Assembly (NCBI RefSeq): GCF_018350175.1
Contig: NC_058368.1
Coordinates: 168,890,001 to 168,954,000 of the forward strand
Source: Felis catus
Lineage: Eukaryota
Length of the DNA: 64,000 nt
Direction of reading: 5' to 3'
The notes below the pieces were generated by a model that made no database searches, was not told where the DNA came from, and was given only the letters and a program-made list of their open reading frames with translations. Positions 54,484-64,000 of the stretch are shown here, in pieces. Made by a program: the position numbers and the translations under genes. Within the stretch, counting starts at the first letter, position 1, and every line of letters begins with the position of its first letter.

Positions 54484-54764
54484 AGGATGACTGTAGTTAT
54501 TTATGTGCCTCTATCATCAGAATTAAAACTGCTCTATGTCTTAGATGGCAGTTAGCCTTTAAAAATTATCCCACTTAACCAAATCATAACATTATCTGCT
54601 TTAATGTTATTCTTCCATTTTCCTTGTTAAGCATTTTCATGCATTCACAAATTTTTGAGTGTCAACCTATGCTTGAGCACGTATCTTAGAAGGTTGTACC
54701 TATTCCTGTACTATTTGCCTGTGAGGAAGGTTCCAGATTGAGTATCTTAAACAATATTACTTAG

Positions 54765-54920
54765 AGCAGGTTTGACAAATAGGTTTCACTGCCTATTTTC
54801 AGTGATTGATAGTGGCTTTCTGTGTTGTATTGAGAAGGATTCCAGGATCAGCAACAGAGTCCAATGACTGATCAGTCACATCTCTTAGGGCATTGATAAG
54901 CATTAACAAACCAGCCCTGA
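54765..54920. mobile_element. MER102-like hAT fragment
   Basis: caaataggtttca...gattgatagtggct...tattgagaaggattc resembles MER102 as I recall it. Confidence 0.45.
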
Positions 54921-56377
54921 ATTTGTCCTCAGTGGCATAGAATATTTTTTGTCTTTATTTTAATAAATGCTTTTTTTTATATGATTTTCCTTATTAGCTA
55001 CAATAAATATACCAACATTATAAAATTTTTTTACAGTCACTTCCATTGATTTCTTCTAAGCCATCTGCTGACTTTCCTTGTTAGTCATAATTACTGTATG
55101 AATTTTATGATACCTCTGGCCAGTGGTCTTTTATTACTCTTGAAACTTCTATAAATGCTCTTTTGGAGGAATTCACTTTCTTTTTCTTTTCATTCCACTA
55201 CCCACCAATACATGACACTATGTTGAAAAAATAAAATATTCTTTGCGTTGAATTTTTTATAGAAGTGAATTGTACTGTTCCTATGTGTCATCCTATAGAA
55301 CTATTTCTGTGGTAGTAATAGTATTGGAATGGATTTTAATAGATATATGGTTAAAAGATGCACTGAAGACATGTGTTTTTTCTCCTAAGAAATATCAAAT
55401 AGATAAATATAAATATATATAACATTCACTAAAGTGGTAAATGTCTTTCCTCATAATGAGGTTATTTCAAAAATTGATTAATCTTAACATGGTTTAATGT
55501 TTCAGTTTTCAAGTAGTGAAGAAAGTTACCAAGCCCCATTTTTTACCTCCCCAAATACCACTAAAATATATACATGTCTATGAATTGTGAAGTCTATGTC
55601 CCACAGATCAAAGCAAAAAAATTGTAATGTGCTTTAAATTTTATGTGAACTTGTAAGTTTTATTCTGTTCAATGATTCGAAGTCACTGAAATTCAGGACT
55701 TGAAAATATTTCTAATTGTCTCTCCTCAAAATAGTATCTTAAGTTTGGGGGTGGGGGGGGGACACATTTTCTTCCTTTAGCTTTGTTGTGTTGTTTTCAT
55801 TACCTTGAGAAAAGCAGAGCAATGTTTCATTATAGATAAACAAGTATGACAGCTATAAAATGGAAAGAAGTAATTGCTAACGAAATTGGCCTGCTTTTGG
55901 AAAATGTTCTTGTAATTTCCATTTAACTTCTAAAAGGGTTCTCTGGATACTCTTAAGTTTATAATTGAAACTATTTCTGTTTAAAGCTAGTGAATTACTG
56001 GATTATTTTGTTTCACTTTAGTTATAAATCAACTACATTTTCTTTATAATTATTTTATAGACCAACATGAAATTTTCTTTCCTATTTGTACTTTATATGA
56101 ATATTTTAAGTATACTGATAAACTTTGGAGTATCTATGCATTTACTTAAAATGGTATGTAACTAGATTGTTAGATACCACTCCAAAAAAAGTATTAAGCC
56201 TGACTAATTTTGATAAGTTGATTGAAATTTGACATTATACTTGGTATAGATGGTAATGGTGTTTATGGTTTTATTGCTGATTAATCTTACTGCAATATTT
56301 TTATTTGGGTTTATTTTTAAAAATTGGTTTTCTGCCATGTTCTTTGTTTGGTATCCATGGAAAGCAAAGAAAGGATA

Positions 56378-56598
56378 ATTTTTTTTTAATTATTTATTTG
56401 GGAGTGAGAACTTGAGCTTGAGCTTGAGCTTGAGGTTGGGGGGGGGCAGTGGGGCAAAGAGAAAGGGAGAGAAAGAATCCCAAGCAGGCTCCAAGTTGTC
56501 AGCCTGGAGCCTGATATGGGACTTGAACTCACGAACTGTCAGATCATGACCTGAGCCGAAGTTAGGACGCTTACCTGACTGAGTTACCCAGGCATCCC
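56378..56598 (-). mobile_element. Can-SINE containing (CTTGAG)4
   Basis: Antisense SINE ending cccaggcatccc. Confidence 0.92.
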
Positions 56599-57139
56599 AG
56601 TATACTTTTTATGATAAATGTAAGATGCTACTTCTGTCTTATTATATTTTTTTGTGATTTCATATTTTATGAAGCTAAAGATTTGGGTATGATATTGTTC
56701 ATTTACATGTTTCCAGTGATTCTTGAATGCTTTTCTCTCTTTTTTGTTTTTAAACAAAACTACACCTGATTACTTACCATTTGAACTCTCCCTAAGCCTT
56801 CAGTGTACTGAAAATGTATTCTTGTGCTTAATACATCTTCATGTCATTTAAAAGATAAGATAAAACTAAAATATGCAACGTGAAATATTTTCTTCAATGT
56901 TTTTAAAACCTCACTTTTTATGTCTCTCATGAATTGCCATATATTCAGTAAAAGGGACCTTAAAATCAATTTATAGATTAAATAATTGAGGCTCAGAGAT
57001 TGAATGAAGGTTATCTAAATAGTTAGTGGCCGGGCCACTGCTAAATCTTAGATGTGCTGACTTCATTCTGACACATTGCCATCATTTGAATGCCAGTGTT
57101 TTGTTCTGTCTCATTCAAGTGTTAATAATCCCAACAGCT

Positions 57140-57480
57140 GACCTTTATTGACAACTTACTGAGTACCATGCACTCTGCTAATTAAATGCTTTAGATGGAA
57201 TATCTGAGAATGTAAGCTTTATGAGGACAGTGATTTGTACCTACAGTGTTCACTGTTCCAAAAGCCTGGAACAGTGCCAGACACCTATTGGTGAATGAAT
57301 AAATCCTCAAAACAATACGAGGTATTATTGGTGGGCCCATTTTACACATGAGGAAACTTACGGTTAGAGAGGTTGATTATCTTGCCCAAGATAATATTAA
57401 AAGAAAGTAGCAGATCCCAGATATGGATCCTGGCATTCTGGTTCTAGAGCCCACATTCTAAATCACTGCACTGAATTGCC
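57140..57480. mobile_element. MIR with a nested L2 3' end
   Basis: cccattttacacatgaggaaact...agaggttgattatcttgcccaag (MIR); gaatgtaagctttatgaggacag...tgaatgaataa (L2 tail). Confidence 0.7.
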
Positions 57481-58599
57481 TTCCGTAAGAAATGGATCTT
57501 CTGACCAATTAGGAGGTTTGGCGAAGAAGGCCAGATGGTATTTGGTGTGATATCTCTGCTTATATTTAACATCTGGACTCTTTATAAACATGCTGAAGCC
57601 TGTGAAATGTAATTTTAGAAAGATATATCAAGGTGTTTTTTTGTTTTTTTGATAAAGAGTTGCTGAAATGCAGCAGTATTTTGTTATTGCCTCTCCATTT
57701 AATTAGAACTTAAAAATTTATTTTTTCATTTTTTATACACTATTGTTTAGATAGCCTCTTCTGCTTTATCTGTTAATTAAAAATACAGGATTAGCATAGA
57801 AATGTGATAATCTCAGTTGACTAAGCATTTATGATTGATTTTCTTGTTTCAACATTTGATTACAATTTTGAATATATTAAGCTATACTTTTATTTTTAGC
57901 TTCTAAACCAATTTTGCTACAGTACAGAAAGGACTTCTCAATAATTTCAAATATATCAAAAATATGCAATCTTGCTCTAACTTCTTTTTTTTTTCTGGTG
58001 TAGTTTGGTATTTGCATATATGCAATGTGATTATCATACAATAGATATCACAAAAGCACCTTTCTAAAAATTATCCTACTACTTTATTCAGTGTCAGAAT
58101 TTCCCATCACTAATTTCATTCATTTTAATTAAGGGATTTTTCCCTAAAGTCGCATGTATGTTTCCGGGAATGAAAAGGAAGCCTTCTCTGATATTAGAAT
58201 CAATTAACATGTTAGCTTGAGTTAAAACTATCTAGCTGCCTTCTTAGAAAACAAAAATGAAGAATTGAGGAGAAAGGGTCAAAGGACAGATAAGTTTTGA
58301 TGTATGGTTACTGGTAGGAAAGACACAGCAAATGCAAGACACTGTTCAGGAATTCAGGGACGTCCAGTAAACAATCCGTGAGAATGAGATGGGAGGGAAA
58401 CAAGGGCATAGCAGCACATTAAAGCTATTTTATAGTTTGGCTAGGGCTAGCTTTGTCCTCTGTTACATAGAAAATGAAGGGGGAAATTGGCCTGTATCTC
58501 TTCTGTATTGTTTCTGACTTTTATTCAGTTAATTACAGGAAATATATTTTTGGTTCAGGATGTCAAAAGTGAACTTTTACATTAAACTAACACAACTGT

Positions 58600-59215
58600 T
58601 TTCGAAACCATTTCTTCTAAGGAACTTTTTGATTACAAAGAACAGGAATGGCTTAAGCTAACTCTTTGATTACAAAGAACAGGAATGGTTTAACTTAAGC
58701 AATAGGAGATTTATTACAAGAAAATAGAACTATCTCATGGAACTCAGGACACACGAAGTTCAGAAGTCTTGGGCACCATTGGAATTAGGTACTGGAAAGC
58801 ATTCAGGGACCAAGACAGCATCTCTTTCTGTCATTTCCTCTGTGTTCACATGGTCTCTCATGATTTCCTCCATTTCGCTGCTTCATTTCCCTCTTGATCT
58901 GAAGACTATATTCCTCTGGCCATTTGCAAAGGGTCCTCAAGTGACATTTGAATCAGTATAACTTTCCAGGCCTAGCACCTGCAGAAACTAATTAGTCTTT
59001 GAGGTCTAACTTCAAATTTTTGGCAGAAAGAATTGATTGGCCCAGCTTATATTAAGGTGTCTACCCCTGTTTTAATCAATAAGATGACTAAACAGAGAAG
59101 AGTATACAGGGTCACTGTTACATAGAATTACAGGAGCCAGTCTCAGGGTGTGAGAGGATGATTCTCAGAGGATGGGACATACATGAAGTAGGCTCCCCAA
59201 AAGATGGCTATCACA
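58600..59215. mobile_element. Old MaLR (MLT1) LTR with an internal 37-bp tandem duplication
   Basis: gaattgattggcccagctt...aggtgtctacccctg; the unit tttgattacaaagaacaggaatgg occurs twice. Confidence 0.55.
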
Positions 59216-59420
59216 CATTCATAAAGTGCTTACTATTTGGCATGTACGTTCACTATTTTTTTCGTCGTCATATTTTGATGAGAACAGTGCCACTTATTTC
59301 CACTTTACAGTAGGAGAAATTGAGCCACAAAAAAAAAAAAAAGTAAGTAACTTGCCCAGTGTCATACAGCTGGTAAGGGAAGATTAGAGTCTAGATTGAG
59401 TTGATGACAAAGCCTGGGAA
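59215..59420. mobile_element. MIR fragment
   Basis: cactttacagtaggagaaattgag...taagtaacttgcccagtgtcatacagctggtaag. Confidence 0.7.
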
Positions 59421-60604
59421 TCTAAGCAAAACATTTAAACTATGTGTTGGATATATTTCCAGTTTCTTCCTATTTGTGAGGATGATCAATCATGTGGAAA
59501 TTTCTCTTATGAAGCAAAACTTAAGACCATTTAATAAATACTGATTTTGAGAAAGCCTTGTTGTAGGGATAAAAGAATCCTTTGCAGATCTTACCTCCAT
59601 ATTTTCCTGGGATGAATCATTTCCCTGCAGTTCCATGGTATAGGGCTGGCAAATTTACTCTTTGCTGTTGGTCCATGTGGTCTTGAATCCTAGCTCATAC
59701 TATGTCTATACAACAGGAAGGAGATCACGCTCAGACCTGTGGAATTGGGGTAATGATTACCCCAGAGATTTAGGTCACTGTTGGTTGTGTTCAAGTCCTC
59801 CACTGAAACCTGATTTATGCTAGAGTAGCTAGCTTTTTCTAACTAGTCTTGATCAAATGGAAATTCTAACCTCCAAGAAATCTGTTAGAACATGGATGAC
59901 ACAGAAGTAAGCCTAACCTTCTCATTGGCAAATTGCTTCCTACTTTCTGGTCTCTAAGGCAGGATAAGAGCAGTCAGCTATGGAACTAGGCCACCCAAGC
60001 CTTTGCCATTTACTAGGCATTGACTCACCATATTAATTATGAGAATTTCTGGGGGAGAAGGAGGTGTGCTCAGTTTTTGTTTTTAAATATTATTTATTCT
60101 TTGTAAGATACAGAGCACTATGAGAAGCCTTTTTCATTCCCAGGTTTCCCTTTCAAAGTGTTTCTGTCCTAATCAGACTGTCTTTTTCTGCATTGCCAGC
60201 TCTAATAGGCTAGAAGTTTAGCCTTTGAAGAGCCACTTAGCTTTAGCATAGTTGTTAGGACCACAGATTTAGCATTGGAATGCTCTATGTTTGAATCCTG
60301 GCTCTACAAAATATTAATTGTGTGACTTTGGACCCTTCCTCAACTGCCATCATGGCATTCCCTATAAGCTTTACCCTGCTTAATTTCTCATCACTCCTTA
60401 TCATGACCTGACATTTATTTTATTTATATCTACATTTGCATATATGTGCATGTATAAATATCTGTATATGTATAAAAGTGATATATATAATGCATATATA
60501 AATAAAATCCTAGTTTGCTTTTTGTCTATATCTGCCAACTAGAATGTAAGTTCCATGAGGATATTGACTTTATTTTGTTCATTCCTCAATACAGGAATGG
60601 ATCC

Positions 60605-60763
60605 TGCAAGATCCTTGATCTCATAGTTTGTGGGATCAAGTCCCACTTTAGGTTCTGCTCTGACATTGTGGTACCTGCTTGGGATTCTCTCTTTCCCTCT
60701 CTCTCTGCCCTTACACTGCTCATGCTTTTGCCCTCAAAATATATAAATAAACTTAAAAAAAAA
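60605..60763 (+). mobile_element. 5'-truncated Can-SINE
   Basis: tgatctcatagtttgtgggatcaagtcccac...ctgcttgggattctctct...aaataaacttaaaaaaaaa. Confidence 0.85.
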
Positions 60764-61311
60764 GTACCTCAAGGTTCCCCACTCTGAAACATCCCTAAAA
60801 CATTTCAAGGGGACCACAACATAGCTAGAAGAGACCACACACATTCACACTATTGTAAGATTAAATTCAGTTGTCTCTTTTGCCAAGGATACAGAAACTT
60901 TTCACGAAAAGATGACCATATAAAAGAACAACAAATGCAGGATATCTCCATTCATTTTACCATGGTCCCCAGACTTTGTAACAATGTCTGATGAGGCTAG
61001 GGCCTTGTTGAATTTGAGTTCATTTTCTTGCTAACATGGTAGTATGGATCATATAATACCGTTAATGGAGTATCTGTACATCTGTGTGATTTTGTGTAAT
61101 GTTTTAAACATTGGGCTAAACGTTTCTTGCACCAAACTTGGTGTAAACAAGGCCACAGTCTCACCCTAAGGAGAAAGCCACGTTAAAGCTTAATTATCTC
61201 TGAGTCCATATCTCCATAGTTTGTCAACTTACTCACATTACCCTTTCACCTATGTGTTCCCAATGCTGGGTATGTTTGGGCCAGGGACTCCTGTAGATAC
61301 TGTGGCTACAG

Positions 61312-62056
61312 TGGTGGAGGAAAAATAAATTTCCCTCTAGTATTCTAGATTTTTGGCTGAGACCCCCCCCCCACCCCGTAATAAAAGGTTAAGAGAAGAA
61401 CAGAAGTTAAATAGCATGTATGCCTCCTATGTACATGGGAGTGACCCAGGAAAACTGAGTAACTTCCCAAGGTAGCCCAAGCCACTACCTTAAATACCAA
61501 CTTCCAGCTAGGAGAAGCCAATTGTGAGCAGTTATCAGGCCAAGCTATAAACAAGGATAAGATTGTTACACAGATTTAAGTTAGTGTCTTCTCTGTTAAT
61601 AAGAGTTTGTAGAGATTTAGAGTCAGCCTTTTCTTCCTGGTACAGGGAGGGAGACAGTCTCTAAAAGGAGAGCTCCCTTAAAATGTCTCTTACAAAAGAG
61701 TAACTTCTACTCAGTTGTAAAACTTTCCCCATATATGACTTTCTTTAAAATAAACAGCTCAATGAGGTGTCTGTGTGGCTCAGTCAGTTGAGTGTCCAAC
61801 TCTTGATTTTGGCTCAAGTCATGATTCCAGGGTCATGGGAGTGAGCTTCGCCTGGGGCTCTGCACTGAGTGTGGAACCTGCTTAAGATTCTCTCTCTGTC
61901 TCTCTCCCTCTGCCCCTCTCCCCATTTGCATTCTCTCTCTCTAAAATAAAATAAAATAAAGTAAAATAAAATAAAATAAAATGAAATAAAGCTCACAATA
62001 TAATACTTATACCAAAGAAGCATATTTTGGGGTGGCAAATTCTCTCTCTTTCTTCA
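61312..62056 (-). mobile_element. MER34-like ERV1 solo LTR, interrupted by a SINE
   Basis: Minus strand begins tgaag...gaatttgccaccccaaaatatgcttctttgg and ends agagggaaatttatttttcctccacca. Confidence 0.75.
61764..61985 (+). mobile_element. Can-SINE within the LTR, (TAAAA)n tail
   Basis: gtggctcagtcagttgagtgtccaactcttgattttggctca. Confidence 0.92.
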
Positions 62057-62137
62057 CCAGTGAATGAAACAAAGCCCTGTCCTTGTGGGACTTACAAAAA
62101 TGAGGGAAAGCAGACGATGCGTTTAAAAGTAATAAGC

Positions 62138-62345
62138 AGGGGCGCCAGGGTGGCTCAGTTGATTAAGTGTCCAACTTCGGCTCAGTTCATGATCTCACAG
62201 TTTGTGAACTTGATCCCTGTATCGTGCTCTGTGCTGACAGCTCAGAGCCTGGAGCCTGCTTGGGATTCTGTGTCTCCCTCTCTGCCCCTCCCCTGCTTAA
62301 GCTCTGTGTCTCTCAAAAATAAATAAACATTAAAAAAATTAAAAA
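62138..62345 (+). mobile_element. Can-SINE
   Basis: ggggcgccagggtggctcag head; TSD aaa(a/g)gtaataag. Confidence 0.94.
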
Positions 62346-62349
62346 GTAA

Positions 62350-62962
62350 AGGTAATAAGTAAATATAAAATATCCCACATGGTAATACATAATATACAAA
62401 AGTAACAAAATAGGACAAGAGGGAATGGGAGGCTGGGGTGGGTACTACTGTATATGTAGTGGTAAGAGAAGACCAAGAGATAAAGGAGAAAACCATGTGA
62501 ATATCAGTGAGAATAACCTTACTAGCAATGGATGTAGCAAGGACAAAAAGGCCCTGAGATGGGAGCATGCTAGGTGTGTCTAAAGAAGACCAACAAGGGA
62601 GACAGAAAATGAGGTTAGATAGTTATTAGGTGGCCAGATCATGAAGACCTTGTAAGTCATTGAAAGGACTTTACCTTTATTCTGCATGACATGGGGACTG
62701 TGGAGAACTGACTTGATCTGCCCCAGGATTTTCAAGGATCGGTTGGATTTTCTTTTTTTTAGTAGACTATAAGAGGGCAAGTACAGAAGCGAGGCCAGCT
62801 CAAGAGCTATTTAAATAATCTAACTGAGAAACAATAGGAGTTGGACCAGGATAGTAGTGGTGGAGATCATGAGAAGTGGTCAGATTCTGGGTGTATGTTG
62901 AAGGTAAAGCCATCTGGGTTTGCTAATATATGAGATACAGTATAAAAGAGGAAGAGAGAGTG
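62350..62962. mobile_element. L2 fragment
   Basis: aggccctgagatgggagcatg..., gagaagtggtcagattctgggtgtatgttgaagg. Confidence 0.7.
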
Positions 62963-62979
62963 AAAGAAACTTTATATTA

Positions 62980-63220
62980 TTTTTAAATTTTTTAATATTT
63001 TTATGTATTTAATTTATATCCAAGTTAGTTAGCTTATAGTGCAACATTGATTTCAGGGTAGATTCCTTAATGCCCCTTATCCATTTAGCCCATCCCCCGT
63101 CCCACAACCCCTCCAGTAACCCTCTGTTTGTTCTCCATATTTAAGAGTCTCTTATGTTTTGTCTCCCTCCCTGTTTTATATTATTTTTGCTTCCCTTCCT
63201 TCGTGTTCATCTCTTCTGTA
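62980..63220 (-). mobile_element. Short felid-type L1 3' end, same subfamily as 5072 and 53781
   Basis: atccaagttagttagc...ttaatgccccttatccatttagcccatcccc; TSD-like actttatatt. Confidence 0.9.
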
Positions 63221-63575
63221 GAAGACTTTATATTCTTACACAGACTTCAAAAAATAGTCTTTCTGTATTTTCCTCATAAATTCAGGTGACTCTAACATGC
63301 TCTCCAATATTTTATTTTCTGTAATTCTACTAATTCTAACATTACTGCTTCAAACTATAATGAGCCAAATAAAAGCATAACATGTAACTCTCATTTTCCT
63401 GGGAGCCTGCTATATGCAGAGAGCTGTGCTAACACAAGTGATGGAGCCAGGGTTGGGCAGAGTACCACCACTTCTGACATTTTCACTGTACCACATCTTG
63501 TGTTACAGTTCTCATAATGGAATAAAATAACAGAAAGTGACCTTGAAATGAAAGACACTCAAAATCTCGGCTGTT

Positions 63576-63785
63576 GGAGTGCCTGGGTGGCTTAATTGGT
63601 TAAGCACCGGACTTCAGCTCAGGTCATGATCTCATGGTTCATGGGTTTAAGCCCCACATCGGGCTCTGTGCTGACAGCTCAGAGTCTGAAGCCTGCTTCA
63701 GATTCTATGTCTCCCTCTCTCTCTGCCCCTCCCCCACTCACACTCTGTCTCTCTCTCTCTCAAAAATATATAACATTAAAAAAAA
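63576..63785 (+). mobile_element. Can-SINE
   Basis: TSD aaaatctc(g/a)gctg. Confidence 0.94.
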
Positions 63786-64000
63786 TCTCAGCTGCAATTT
63801 TTTTTGCATTTACATTGAATGTTTGTTTTCTAAATACATTACAGATCCTTAAGAAGTGTACCTTGCAAATAGTGTCCTAGTTTATAGACCCATTGATTTA
63901 AATAGATAAGTAGAATTAAATCTATGCATAATTTATAGTGGGTCATATTTTCCCCCAGGGGTCTCTGGGCTTTCAACTTGTCAATAAAAATAATTATTAT

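Noticed and set aside
55747..55761. G-run as a possible G-quadruplex
   Set aside because: A short isolated homopolymer with no supporting context.

Overview
AT-rich mammalian genomic DNA, almost certainly from a felid: it carries young CpG-rich Can-SINEs of the SINEC_Fc type and carnivore L1 3' ends. The whole window lies inside the FER non-receptor tyrosine kinase gene on the + strand. Four internal coding exons (57, 116, 95 and 124 nt; all introns GT-AG) splice in frame. They encode the N-lobe through the start of the catalytic loop of the kinase domain: [28 protein letters not shown]...VAVK...[17 protein letters not shown]...[13 protein letters not shown]...KNCIHR. From memory these correspond to human exons 14-17. 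Introns are 4.1, 2.5, 41.6 and >12.5 kb and are filled with about 20 SINEs, L1 pieces, MaLR/ERV solo LTRs, hAT/Tigger DNA-transposon relics, MIR/L2 remnants and microsatellites. Almost all listed ORFs are repeat-derived or chance. I found no convincing novel multi-gene system. The most notable observations are: a perfect palindrome made of two opposed consensus 5' splice sites (it contains the U1 snRNA 5'-end sequence); a SINE tandem with a triplicated target site; same-subfamily inverted L1s bracketing three kinase exons (circRNA geometry); a likely twin-primed inverted L1; and several cryptic splice candidates. Repeat family names are from recognition, not from a database search, and repeat boundaries are approximate unless a target-site duplication (TSD) is given.
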